From assembly GCA_963809695.1 (NCBI GenBank), contig CAWEKI010000009.1:762376-826375 (forward strand): 64,000 nucleotides of DNA, given 5' to 3'. The notes beneath the pieces were generated by a model. The model was not told where the DNA came from. It did not search any database and saw only the letters and a program-made list of their open reading frames with translations. A program made the translations under genes and the position numbers. Positions 10,880 to 20,413 of the stretch are shown here, piece by piece. Each line of letters begins with the position of its first letter. The stretch's first letter is position 1. The DNA comes from an uncultured Bacteroidota bacterium. GTDB lineage: Bacteria; Bacteroidota; Ignavibacteria; UBA10030; UBA6906.

Positions 10880-11158
10880 GTGCCTTCCCCCCCTGTGTAC
10901 ACTGTCCGACTCCTGAAAGCAGCCACCCGGGACCTGGAGAAACTCGACCGTACAGTCGCTCGGGCAATTCTCGATCGGCTCGCGTGGCTTGCGCGCAACC
11001 TCCATGCAACGAGACTCTATCCGCTGAAAGGGGACCTTCGCGGTCTGTACAAACTCCGGGAAGGTTCCTACCGCATTATCTTCGAAGTTATGCACGCCGA
11101 CAAGATCATCCTGGTGCATGCCATCGGGCACCGGCGTGACGTCTACAAGCAACGCTGA
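10880..11158 (+). CDS. type II toxin-antitoxin system RelE/ParE family toxin
   Basis: VYTVRLLKAATRDLEKLDRTVARAILDRLAWLARN...LKGDLRGLYKLREGSYRIIFEVMHADKIILVHAIGHRRDVY is the classic ParE/RelE fold sequence. GTG start at 10880 or 10895. Confidence 0.8.
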   Translation: MPSPPVYTVRLLKAATRDLEKLDRTVARAILDRLAWLARNLHATRLYPLKGDLRGLYKLREGSYRIIFEVMHADKIILVHAIGHRRDVYKQR

Positions 11159-11432
11159 CCTTCCCGAAACCAGCGACTGATGCCGCCACCGCGCGCGATA
11201 TGGCAGGTAACGTTTAGGCAAACCGCCGTGCCGACCGGCCACGTATGAACGACTCATCTCTCGTGGCCGGGCGGCATGGAGCGAGCACGTTACATCTAGC
11301 CAAACCTTGTTTCAACGTCGCCTATCCGGCGTGCGAGCCTGCCTGCGGCAGGCAGGCGCCGGTTTGCCGTTTGTTAGGCGCAGGCAAAGTCCAATATCAA
11401 TCGCGTTTTGCGGCACGTTCCCCCGCGCACCG

Positions 11433-11789
11433 TCATCGCCCGACGATAACTCGGAATCCTCCGTATGCCATTCGCTTCATGTCGAACGGCATTTCCATCG
11501 ACTGATCAGCCGTGCTGGCAATCTCTTTCATTACCTTTGCGTTGACGCGATCACGATGTGCACGTGATCTGAATACGATATAGGAGAATACCACTGTTTC
11601 GCCACGCTTGAGCCTCGTCATCCGTGGAAAGAGTGCACCCCATTTCGGCTTGAGATCATCGCCAACACACTCTTTGTAGTCGAGAGCGCCGTGCTTGCGC
11701 CAGAGTTTCTCCCCGATCCGAGCCATGCGGCTGTAGGCCTTGAGGTTCTTCTTGGGAACAGCGAAAACATATCCGTCGACGTATTTCAT
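11433..11789 (-). CDS. DUF1428 family protein
   Basis: MKYVDGYVFAVPKKNLKAYSRMARIGEKLWRKHGALDYKECVGDDL is the hallmark N-terminus of DUF1428 (YbaA-like). Confidence 0.8.
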   Translation of the reverse strand: MKYVDGYVFAVPKKNLKAYSRMARIGEKLWRKHGALDYKECVGDDLKPKWGALFPRMTRLKRGETVVFSYIVFRSRAHRDRVNAKVMKEIASTADQSMEMPFDMKRMAYGGFRVIVGR

Positions 11790-12340
11790 AAAGAGGCTCC
11801 TTAATAGAAGTTACTGGTTGTATAGCGTGAGTTTCGTGTGCTTCAGGCCACTTCCGCTTGATGTAGTCGATCAGAGGTGCCGCAAAACGCACCATTAAGA
11901 GATACTTTGCTTGCGCCTGACTCTTGGCTCCGCAAAGCGTCTACCCAGACAACCAGGGTCGGTAGCTGCACGCGTTGCGTCTATATCTTGCCTTGTGTGC
12001 ATGGTGCTCATGCTAAACCGCCAATCGAAACAAAAGCCTCCCTACCAAACATCCGGCAAGAAGGCCTGTGTCAAAAAGGGACACTTCAGTGTAATGCGAA
12101 TCTCAGAAACATGCAAGGCGCTGGAACACAAACGCCCGGAGAGGAGCGAGGATTGTTCTTCCTGGTAGAGGGTAACGCCGGCGCCGAGCATTTCCGTTAC
12201 AGGTTCGAATTGCATCTGAGAGCTGACATTCTTGCATTCCTCCGTGATTTGCCATATATTTGATGCGCATCATCGACAGTATCGGCACTTTCGCAAATCG
12301 CGAAAGCTTCGATTCGGCGGATTGGGTATCGTTCAATGAT

Positions 12341-12378
12341 TGCCCCGTCGTCTAATGGCAAGACAGCAGACTCTGGAT
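12341..12378 (+). other. 38-nt fragment identical to the 5' half of tRNA-Gln(CTG), covering acceptor 5' strand through anticodon position 38; not a functional tRNA
   Basis: tgccccgtcgtctaatggcaagacagcagactctggat matches 21961..21998 exactly (38/38), then diverges. No T-arm or 3' acceptor strand follows. Confidence 0.8.
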
Positions 12379-12585
12379 AGACCTGCGGTACCCCTCAGCC
12401 TACCCCAAATCACCATTTCTCAGCAGACCTTTGTCGATCATGTCGATACCTTGTGTCGATATTATCGCGTCATGGAGGTCACGTGAAGACCGTTTTTCGG
12501 ACCTGGAAATGCCATGTGTTCCTCGCCCCGGGTCTGGCACAGACCCACCCTCTGAAATGTCAACGAGTCAAGCAGAAACCCAGCA

Positions 12586-13494
12586 TCATTCATTGAGCAA
12601 GTCGGATGGTTCAATGTGCACCAAGACTTCCGCAACATTTGGATTTGACGTGCGGATCACTTGCCTTACCTGGCGCGCAATGTCGTGTCCGTGCCGGACA
12701 GAGAGATCCCCATCGACAGTCACATGCAGGTCGACGTAATAGGAAAAGCCCATCTTCCGGACATAGCACTTTTCCAACCCGACAACTCCTTCCACGTATT
12801 GTGCGGCTTGTCGGATGCTACGATCGACATCGGGTGATGGGGCGCTATCCATTACTTCATTGATAGCAGGTCGTATAATTCGGTAGGCGTTGAACAGGAT
12901 AATGGTGGAAGCAAAAAATGCAGCGTAGTCGTCCGCACTTTCATATCCAACCCCTCCAATTAACGAAATGGAAATGCCGATGAACGCTGCAGCCGAAGTG
13001 ATTGCATCGCTGCGATGATGCCAGGCGTCGCTCTTGACAGCTGTACTGTTGATGCCTTTTCCCACGCTGAACACGAACCGAAACAGGGATTCTTTTGTAA
13101 CAACGACGAGAACCAGGACCGCGAGCGTAAATGCCGCTGGAGCGTGGTGTGGAGTTAGTATTTCGCGAACACTCTGGATAGCGATGCCGATCGCTGCCCC
13201 AATGAGAGTCAAGGAAACCACCACGGCGGCGAGAGGTTCTGCCTTGCCGTGACCGTAAGGATGGTCAGCATCCGGAGGGAGGGCGGCAATCTTGAGTCCA
13301 CTCCAGACAATAAGAGAGCTAACAATATCGGTGGTTGATTCGATCGCATCGGCTATGAGGGCGTAAGAATTGCCAAGAACGCCCGCAACACCTTTGATCG
13401 TTGCGAGGGCGGCGTTAGCGAGTATTCCAATCAGAGTGGAGCGTAAACCTTTCAGGGCGGAGTGGGACACTTTCATGTTTTGTGGTGATGTCAT
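12586..13494 (-). CDS. cation diffusion facilitator (CDF) family metal efflux transporter
   Basis: 302 aa with six TM segments plus a C-terminal cytoplasmic domain. Motifs: ALIADAIESTTD, DAWHHRSDAITS and the H-rich/D-rich metal sites typical of CzcD/FieF. Confidence 0.85.
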   Translation of the reverse strand: MTSPQNMKVSHSALKGLRSTLIGILANAALATIKGVAGVLGNSYALIADAIESTTDIVSSLIVWSGLKIAALPPDADHPYGHGKAEPLAAVVVSLTLIGAAIGIAIQSVREILTPHHAPAAFTLAVLVLVVVTKESLFRFVFSVGKGINSTAVKSDAWHHRSDAITSAAAFIGISISLIGGVGYESADDYAAFFASTIILFNAYRIIRPAINEVMDSAPSPDVDRSIRQAAQYVEGVVGLEKCYVRKMGFSYYVDLHVTVDGDLSVRHGHDIARQVRQVIRTSNPNVAEVLVHIEPSDLLNE

Positions 13495-13715
13495 TGCCAG
13501 GCCTTAGGTTTCATAAGAAGTCCAGGCAACCCTACCACTGTCCTGAGCGACGCCGTTGAACGGCGAATTTTCCTACCATGCACGAATAATCACGCAAAGT
13601 TGTTGAAGATGTGAAGATGGTTTCGGTTCTCCATGCCCAGTCCGATCACCTGGCTGGCTTCGGAGTAGGGTTCATACAGGCGTCGAGAATTATCCTGTTC
13701 AAGGGGTAATCGTAA

Positions 13716-14678
13716 CTACTTTGGTTGTGGGAATTCCTCGGACGTCGAGACGTTTGCGCTTCCATGTGGTCGCATAATCGAGGCCATAACCGACAGAAGC
13801 AGAATCCCGGCAACAACACCTAACGCGATACCAATCGGTATCTCGTAGATGTCAACAATTACCATCTTCACTCCCACAAAGACGAGGATACCAGAAAGTC
13901 CGTAGTGCAGGTAGTGGAAAAGCTGCATGATCCCGGCCAGTGCAAAGTAAAGTGCGCGCAATCCAAGAATCGCAAACACGTTCGATGAGTAGACGATGAA
14001 CGGGTCCTGTGTGATCGCAAGAACGGCAGGGATCGAATCCACGGCGAACACAACGTCGGTGGTTTCAACCACCAGAAGAACAACGAACAACGGTGTGGCA
14101 AGAACGCGCCCACCCCTTCGGGCGAAGAACCTGCTTTCTTCATATTCCTGAGTCACAGGCATGATGCGCCGGAAGAGCTTGAGGACAGGATTGTTTTCCG
14201 GGTGGATTTCCTTATCCTTGTGCATTGCCATCTTGATGCCGGTGAACATCAGGAACGCCCCGAACAAGTAGATGACCCAATGAAATTGCTGGAGAAGCGT
14301 CACACCGGCCGCAATGAAGATGGCGCGCATGATGAGCGCTCCGAGAATCCCCCAGAAGAGCACCTTGTGCTGATAGAGAGCCGGGACCTTGAAGTAGGAA
14401 AAGGTTAGCAAGAAGACAAAGATGTTATCCACGCTCAGCGACTTCTCAAGGAGGTACCCCGTCGCAAATTCAAGCGCGGTTTGCGGACCGCGCAGGTAGT
14501 ACACCCCTACGCTGAACAGAATGGCTAAGGCGATCCAGAACCCGCTCCACGCGAGCGCTTCTTTAATTCTGACAATGTGAGCCTTGCGATGGAACACCCC
14601 TAGATCAAGCGCCAGCATCGCGAGAACGAGCATGTTGAAGCCAACCCACACGGAGAGATTGTTTGTCACTGAGTCCAT
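13716..14678 (-). CDS. TerC family integral membrane protein
   Basis: Polytopic. Motifs: VWVGFNMLVLAMLALDLGVFHRK, LEKSLSVDNIFVF and VDSIPAVLAITQDPFIVYSSNVFAILGLRALYF match the TerC/Alx family. Start taken at MDSVTNN (14678); the ORF extends to 14750. Confidence 0.85.
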   Translation of the reverse strand: MDSVTNNLSVWVGFNMLVLAMLALDLGVFHRKAHIVRIKEALAWSGFWIALAILFSVGVYYLRGPQTALEFATGYLLEKSLSVDNIFVFLLTFSYFKVPALYQHKVLFWGILGALIMRAIFIAAGVTLLQQFHWVIYLFGAFLMFTGIKMAMHKDKEIHPENNPVLKLFRRIMPVTQEYEESRFFARRGGRVLATPLFVVLLVVETTDVVFAVDSIPAVLAITQDPFIVYSSNVFAILGLRALYFALAGIMQLFHYLHYGLSGILVFVGVKMVIVDIYEIPIGIALGVVAGILLLSVMASIMRPHGSANVSTSEEFPQPK

Positions 14679-14910
14679 TATCAGTCCACCGGATTGAGTC
14701 CCTGGATTATGGCAGCACTTGATCCACGCGATGCACATCCATGTCGACACCTTCGTAGGGCTGTTCGCCTTCGCCGAAGGTGCCGCCGACGGATGGAGTG
14801 CTCAGAGAGAAGTCCCTGACCAGTCCATCGACCGCTTGACACCCTCTTGTCTTCTCGTCAGATAGCCTCCGTACATGATTGCTTTGCCAACCATCAACGC
14901 CCTTGGTTCA

Positions 14911-15219
14911 CTACTTAATTTTGAACACTCGGAACAGTTTGTCCAACGCTCGTTTATCAAGCTCTGCAAGAACATCAATTTCTCCGGCATCAAGCCATAC
15001 GCCGTCGCACGAGCAGCATTTATCTACTTTGATCCCTTTGTAATCGATCTCTCTCAATTCCATCCCGCATTTCGGACATCTCATGTGGTGAAGATCCCGC
15101 AGCATCCTCTTTTCTTCTCCTCCAAGGCTTTTCCGCCGTTCGTGTTCCAGCTGTTTTCTCTTCTCCACTTCGACTCTCGCAAAGTATTCCTCTTCCTTTA
15201 GACTCCGTTGCACGGGCAT
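14911..15219 (-). CDS. zf-TFIIB-type zinc-ribbon domain protein
   Basis: CPKCGMELREIDYKGIKVDKCCSCDGVWLDAGEID is the C-x2-C...C-x2-C-D-G-x-W-L-D zinc-ribbon pattern. The N-terminal half is a charged helix. Confidence 0.65.
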   Translation of the reverse strand: MPVQRSLKEEEYFARVEVEKRKQLEHERRKSLGGEEKRMLRDLHHMRCPKCGMELREIDYKGIKVDKCCSCDGVWLDAGEIDVLAELDKRALDKLFRVFKIK

Positions 15220-15325
15220 TGCGTTAACTCCTTTTTTGTCGTGAATTCATCCAATCCCCATTCGAATGCATTGAGGCCGCGAGCTGACACGAGGAAGGTC
15301 AGAGTTTAGATACGATGGTGTCTTC

Positions 15326-16213
15326 CTACTTTGTATCAAGTATTACAGGCAAACCATCTTTTCCTGCGCCAACGATGATCACCTTGGTGTTCGGTGAGTT
15401 TGCGATCTTCTCTGTTGCTTCAATTCCTTTCCAACGCAGCAACTGTTCGCTGATTCCTGCCGCTACAATTGTCTGGAAGTCGGCGATACCCTTTGCTTCG
15501 ATGCGCTTCCGATCCGCTTCCTGCTTCTCCTTTGTGAGAATGAATTCCATGCGCTGGCTTTCCTGGTCGGCTCGTTGCTTCTGTTCTATCGCTTCGGTGA
15601 GCTGTGTCGGGAGCGCGACATTGCGGATTGGGGTATTCTCAATCGTGACACCCCGAGGGGCAACTGTCGTGGCAAGCCCTTCCTGAATCGATGTACCGAG
15701 CCGCTCCCGTTCGCTTGAATACAATGCGTTGGCCTGAAAGCTTGCCGCGACTGCGCGGCAGATCGATCTGAATTGTGGTATGAGGATAATCGTTTCGTAG
15801 TCGCCGCCGGCAACGGTCTTATAAACGCGCGCCGCTGAGTCGGGATTCAGCCTGTATAGGGCGCTGACCTCCAATCCGATGGTCAGCCCTTCGCGTGAGA
15901 GCACTTGCATCGTTTCCTTGTGTTCTTGCGTCTGGATAGAATACTTGACAACGTTCGCCAGTGGATTTACAACATTGATCCCTGCCCGAAGCGTGTTGTC
16001 CGATACAACGCCGAAAAAATCCACTACACCCACGTGCCCGGCTGGGATCTGCGTGAAACACTGGAGTAAGGCAACTGTTCCAAACACCCCCGCAGCGAGA
16101 ATGCTTCCTCGTGCAACGGGGCGGAATGCGTTGTTTTGTCGCACCTGTTTCGTGGCGCTTCGCCATACGATGAGGGCCACAATGGCAATAACTACTGATA
16201 GGATGAATAACAT
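15326..16213 (-). CDS. SPFH / band-7 (prohibitin-stomatin-like) domain protein
   Basis: N-terminal TM helix, then an SPFH core (PAGHVGVVDFFGVVSDNTLRAGINVVNPL...VLSREGLTIGLEVSALYRL) and a C-terminal coiled coil. Start at 16213 has an AAAGGAG ribosome-binding site. Confidence 0.85.
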   Translation of the reverse strand: MLFILSVVIAIVALIVWRSATKQVRQNNAFRPVARGSILAAGVFGTVALLQCFTQIPAGHVGVVDFFGVVSDNTLRAGINVVNPLANVVKYSIQTQEHKETMQVLSREGLTIGLEVSALYRLNPDSAARVYKTVAGGDYETIILIPQFRSICRAVAASFQANALYSSERERLGTSIQEGLATTVAPRGVTIENTPIRNVALPTQLTEAIEQKQRADQESQRMEFILTKEKQEADRKRIEAKGIADFQTIVAAGISEQLLRWKGIEATEKIANSPNTKVIIVGAGKDGLPVILDTK

Positions 16214-16306
16214 GATGTACTCCTTTGCGGGTATGTGTGTACACATTCTCTCTTGAGTGGCGACTACCACCTTACGTCTAACACACTGTTCGTCCGGTCG
16301 ATGACT

Positions 16307-17407
16307 TCACTCCCCAGTGAAAGTGCCCGCAGTGACTCCATCGCCGTCGTATTGGTGCAAAGAACTGTTTTGGGGAAACGTCGTCCGAAATCGCAGCAGG
16401 CATCCTACACCGCCAAGCCGATCCAACGCCTCACTCTGATTGACGATTTCGATTGTACATCGATGTTGTTCGGCGAGTGTCACCATCTTGTCCTTCATGT
16501 GGAATTCCGGGTCGAAAGATTCCGCCATCACAAGAACGTCTGTAACACCCAACTGCAGAGCTTCCAATGTAGCCTCTGCACCAGCAACTGCAAGGCCGTC
16601 TGTATTGATCTCTCGAACAAGTCGGTCGACCATCTCCAGTGACTCCTGCTCTTCCCTTTCCACAAACGCGGCAATTGTCCTGGTGACAATGTCTTGAACG
16701 TTGGCTTGACGGGATATGTCCACTACATCGACGAACTTTGCAGAAAGATGATGTGGGAGTGCGTTCCGCAACTGCCATGCCGATTCACCCGCCAGGATGA
16801 GATGTGTGTGGCCTCCGGACGACATCACACGGTCGAGCACCTTGACCTCTTCCTGCATAAATGTCTCCCTCCGAAGTGCCCGGCGGTGCTGGTACTGCTG
16901 TCTCGTCCACGTCTGATCAACATGTTCACGGAGCTTGGGCTGAGCAGTCCAGAGTTGTTTCGTTACCTCCCCGAGATTCACTTCCAATATGCGCACGCCT
17001 TTGTAGTTCAAGGCGACTACCACGTACCGATGATATGTATCTTTCATCTCCACCAAGTGATAGACGTTGGGATAGGGGCCCACAGCGATCATATTGGGAA
17101 GTGGAGGCTTGAACTGAAGCGGCAGAAAGAACGGACGTAATCCGCCGCGGGCAAATATTGCCGCACCCCGACCCGTCCGGTACATTTCCTCCGACATGTA
17201 ACGACCGACACTCTCCATTGCTTGCTGGAAATGAGAGAGGTGGCCTAGCGGGAGGCTGTCCTTAAGCAATGACACCCGATGCTTGGTGAATTCCCGCAGT
17301 TCTGCCGCACTGTTCTGGAGATTCATGTAGACGCTGACCACTGGCGCTTCGGTTTCTTCGAGTGCGACCAGCATGCGTATGTGATCTTGTAGTTCCTTGA
17401 GTTCCAT
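16307..17407 (-). CDS. bacterial eRF1/Pelota-like (baeRF1-type) protein
   Basis: 366 aa. The C-terminal segment DGLAVAGAEATLEALQLGVTDVLVMAESFDP matches the conserved motif of eRF1 domain 3 / Pelota C-terminal domain (G-x-A-V-Y-G-x-x-E-V-x-x-A-L-E-x-G-A-V-x-x-L-L-V-S-D). The overall length and N/M/C organisation fit this family. GGGGAG ribosome-binding site. Confidence 0.6.
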   Translation of the reverse strand: MELKELQDHIRMLVALEETEAPVVSVYMNLQNSAAELREFTKHRVSLLKDSLPLGHLSHFQQAMESVGRYMSEEMYRTGRGAAIFARGGLRPFFLPLQFKPPLPNMIAVGPYPNVYHLVEMKDTYHRYVVVALNYKGVRILEVNLGEVTKQLWTAQPKLREHVDQTWTRQQYQHRRALRRETFMQEEVKVLDRVMSSGGHTHLILAGESAWQLRNALPHHLSAKFVDVVDISRQANVQDIVTRTIAAFVEREEQESLEMVDRLVREINTDGLAVAGAEATLEALQLGVTDVLVMAESFDPEFHMKDKMVTLAEQHRCTIEIVNQSEALDRLGGVGCLLRFRTTFPQNSSLHQYDGDGVTAGTFTGE

Positions 17408-17672
17408 TCGCGATTCTCCCCTTTTGTAGCTAAAGATGGCTGTAGATCAACTACTCCAAGGCGTCACCGTGCAATTGTCTTGAGAAGACCTCCCACAGCT
17501 TGTTGCGCAGCCGGGGGGGCAACTCCAAGCCAGTACAACCGATTGCTACAGAGGAAGAAGTAATGAACCCTCCCATGCCCTCGCAAACGAAAAACGTGTG
17601 TTCCGCATTGTTTTCTTCTCGGGCATTTTTCCGCCTTCTGCAATTGTTGTCATGGAATCACAGGATCCCCGG

Positions 17673-18626
17673 TCACTGCCGGCGGACGAGCTCAACGATT
17701 TGGTTAACGTCGATTGCGCCGGCCTTTTGCTGGATCTCACCGGAATAGCGCGTGTGCATGCTCTTCCCCTGATTCAGCCGCGATGCGAAGAGTTTTTTGA
17801 GCCGGTTGACGTCAATAATGCGTCCGCATTCGTAGTACTGCCGGGCCACTTGGCCCAACGCATAGGTGGTCGCAAACGAGAAGGCGGAACCGACAGCCGC
17901 GGATCCCAGTCCGCCCAGCATGCTGCCACCAACATTCTTGAGCAGCCCACCAAGGAGCTTGCGCCCCATTTGCTCGATGTACTGCCCCGTGATTCCTACT
18001 CCGAGCGTCGCCGCGAAATCCTTTATATGTCCGCGGTCTAGCTCGTATCCGTATGACTTGCCGATAGAGTACACCATCTTCATTTGCAACGGAAGAATGG
18101 CCATTGACGCGAGCGATTGTGGTAGAAGTTCCAGTGCTCCATTGAGGATTGAGTAATTCAGTATTGTTGCGTCCAGTGCTGCTACATCCACTACCGCTCG
18201 CGCGCTGGCCGATTGCATTACCGGTGCCAGTGCCCTGCCAGACTCTACGGGAGTGTTAGCGATTTTAGCGGCTTCCTCCGCGAAGGCTTGGGCCGATGTG
18301 GGATCAAGCGCTAACTTGGTTCGTAGGCGACCCAGAAACACCCTTTCCGCCTCATTGTGTGTTCCATCTGTATCGCATACGCATACGGCCATCTCGTAAG
18401 CGAGCTGACGTGATTCGGTGCTGATCAGTTCCGGAACGGCATCGTCCAACGTCCACCGCTTAAGGAGGACATCTTGATAGAGTCTGGAAAGGTCGATGGC
18501 AGGGCCAGACACCAGGCTCTCAGAGATGCGTTTGATCTGGACGCGTTCCCTTTCGTCCTTACAACCGTCGGCGAAAGCAGCCATCAGACATATGCTTAGC
18601 ACAGCTTCTTGTTCTCGTTCGTTCAT
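17673..18626 (-). CDS. TerB-like (tellurite-resistance TerB / DUF533-like) domain protein with a Gly-rich C-terminal region
   Basis: The N-terminus EQEAVLSICLMAAFADGCKDERERVQIKRI is the TerB-type helical motif (h-x2-h-A-x-A-D-G-x5-E). The C-terminal half GGLLKNVGGSMLGGLGSAAVGSAF is glycine-zipper-like. GGAGGT ribosome-binding site at the MNEREQ start. Confidence 0.55.
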   Translation of the reverse strand: MNEREQEAVLSICLMAAFADGCKDERERVQIKRISESLVSGPAIDLSRLYQDVLLKRWTLDDAVPELISTESRQLAYEMAVCVCDTDGTHNEAERVFLGRLRTKLALDPTSAQAFAEEAAKIANTPVESGRALAPVMQSASARAVVDVAALDATILNYSILNGALELLPQSLASMAILPLQMKMVYSIGKSYGYELDRGHIKDFAATLGVGITGQYIEQMGRKLLGGLLKNVGGSMLGGLGSAAVGSAFSFATTYALGQVARQYYECGRIIDVNRLKKLFASRLNQGKSMHTRYSGEIQQKAGAIDVNQIVELVRRQ

Positions 18627-18976
18627 TGCACCTCCTCGCAATTGAATCTTGATTGTGGGCCCCGGATGTTGCCGAGAAGGATCCGGTTGATCTATGATAT
18701 ACTATCGTGTTGTGGAATCTGAAAGCTGCGGCATCCAGCACTTTTGTGATGGATGCTTGACATGCAAAAACAGCGCACGGGGCTTTGCGCATCACCTTTG
18801 TCGCAACGCTGCCGAGCTACGCCTGCGCCAGCCCCGTGCGTCCTGACTCCCATACCCATGGTTGTCCGCCTTTTCTTCTCTGCGCACGGGATGATCTGAA
18901 CCAAGGGCTGCCCAATCCCGGACGAGGACCTCACAGGCGCCTCCCTTGCTCCTGGCTCCTTTTGCCAGGCGAGCCA

Positions 18977-19375
18977 CTATTTCAGGGATCTTATGCTTTG
19001 CTGACATGCCATCATTCTCCTTTCAGTGCCATGCTTCCAGTTTCTCAGGTCAATCCCAAGATGTGATTTGATCACCACGATTAACGTCTCCACAGGAGTA
19101 ATCCCTTCGATGATGCAAAGGATCTGTTCCTTGTGGAAGATCACTGCCGGCGCATGTGTGATGCCAAGCCGCGCCAGAGCCTCACTCCCTTCGCAATTGC
19201 GGAGAATGTAGAGATCAATATCGTCCTGGACTATCGTGGCGAGTTGTTGCATGATTCGCATTTGCATTCTGCATGTTCCGAACGTCTCCGAGTGAACATA
19301 CAAAACCGACGGCTTTGACGATTCAAGAGCACGGGATTCAAATTCGCGAGCGGAAATCTCAACTAACCGAGTCAT
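18977..19375 (-). CDS. thioredoxin-like fold protein (no CxxC motif)
   Basis: KPSVLYVHSETFGTC...LGITHAPAVIFHKEQILCIIEGITPVETLIVVIKSH has the beta-alpha-beta / beta-beta-alpha topology signature of the thioredoxin family. GGAGGA ribosome-binding site. Confidence 0.5.
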   Translation of the reverse strand: MTRLVEISAREFESRALESSKPSVLYVHSETFGTCRMQMRIMQQLATIVQDDIDLYILRNCEGSEALARLGITHAPAVIFHKEQILCIIEGITPVETLIVVIKSHLGIDLRNWKHGTERRMMACQQSIRSLK

Positions 19376-19592
19376 AGTGTTATCCTCCGGATGGATGTCT
19401 TGTTCCTGAAACAGGCACACTCTAGTTTCATCTTGCGAGACACGTATTCACCTGCGGCTTGCAGCGCACCCGGGACAAACCCGCAGCCCTTCGGTGCTGC
19501 CTCGCACCTGAACGAAGCCCCAGAGCGATGCGCACTGTCTGCACTGCACTCTCCGTGTGAATGCCGGTGGTCATCGCTCCTTCCTTGCACAC

Positions 19593-19943
19593 TTACAAAG
19601 GTTCCAGATAGATGACGATGATCAGATCCTCCGGCTGAGTTCCAAAGATGTAGTGAATGCGCTTGATGCCTCTTTGGAGAAACTCAGCTATCCTCGCCCA
19701 CAAAACATGTTCTGATTTCTTGAATAAGTGCTCGCGCAGTTCGTGATACGATGCAACCGTGATTCCATTCCTTTCACGCAAGCCTCGTTCGGCGGGTGGC
19801 AGAAGACCCCGTATAAGCACTATAGCGATGTCTTCGGTGATTTCAGTTTTCATCTCGCTGGGATTTGCTCCCACATGGGCGACCAGGAAATTCTTCACAA
19901 TAAGATTGACCCCTTTCGCCAGACTTTGTGTTGTGGTGTCCAT
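19593..19943 (-). CDS. DUF2294 (MpsC-like) family protein
   Basis: 116 aa. LIVKNFLVAHVGANPSEMKTEITEDIAIVLIRGLLPPAERGL is the DUF2294 signature. It is paralogous to 21056..21421. Confidence 0.7.
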   Translation of the reverse strand: MDTTTQSLAKGVNLIVKNFLVAHVGANPSEMKTEITEDIAIVLIRGLLPPAERGLRERNGITVASYHELREHLFKKSEHVLWARIAEFLQRGIKRIHYIFGTQPEDLIIVIYLEPL

Positions 19944-20413
19944 GATACGATCTCCGTGCCTGATTGGGAATGGAGTGGAATAATGTGCGAAAACGTGACG
20001 GCCTGCTGCTTCCCGATCATCACAGTGACCTCTGCGCCAACCACGAAACCCGACGCTGCAAGCTCTCCTCTGAATGTCTTGACACTGGGTGCGCCACGTC
20101 TCATCTTGTTCGACATGATGGCAATGACAACGCCAGCTGGACGAGGACCTTTCGGATCGTGGAACTTTTGTTCACCGCCGTGGTCGATCCAGAAGCACGC
20201 ACGACTAACCTGCGCATTGGCAATCCATCCCTTCGGATATAGAATCCCGAAGCCGAAGGCCGGATCCGTGGACACTTGTCTCCCGCGGATCTCGGGGAAG
20301 TCAAGTTCTATCTGCGTGGTGAACCGGGCCATAGGTAGGCCGAGCATTACCATGCCAACGCTCAACAGAACCCTGTATTCATGCGAAATCCACCTTTCAC
20401 AGTCTTGCCTCAA
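19895..20413 (-). CDS. hypothetical protein (possible membrane-anchored)
   Basis: 172-aa ORF with a hydrophobic N-terminal segment, overlapping the upstream gene by 49 nt in another frame. Chosen over the antisense ORF 19728..20417, which is Cys/Trp-rich and non-protein-like. The call is weak. Confidence 0.3.
   Translation of the reverse strand: MRQDCERWISHEYRVLLSVGMVMLGLPMARFTTQIELDFPEIRGRQVSTDPAFGFGILYPKGWIANAQVSRACFWIDHGGEQKFHDPKGPRPAGVVIAIMSNKMRRGAPSVKTFRGELAASGFVVGAEVTVMIGKQQAVTFSHIIPLHSQSGTEIVSWTPQHKVWRKGSILL

Noticed and set aside
10676-11257. 193-aa minus-strand ORF.
   Set aside because: Antisense to the RelE/ParE toxin-antitoxin pair. Arg/Ser-rich low-complexity translation.
12341-12378. 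A possible second tRNA-Gln gene.
   Set aside because: Only the 5' 38 nt are present. There is no T-arm or 3' acceptor strand, so it is a fragment or direct repeat, not a gene.
11790-12586. Search for an integrase or recombinase next to the tRNA-Gln fragment (ORFs 11877..12263 and 12103..12336).
   Set aside because: Neither ORF shows tyrosine-recombinase (R..HxxR..Y) or serine-recombinase motifs. The region is left as non-coding or decayed.
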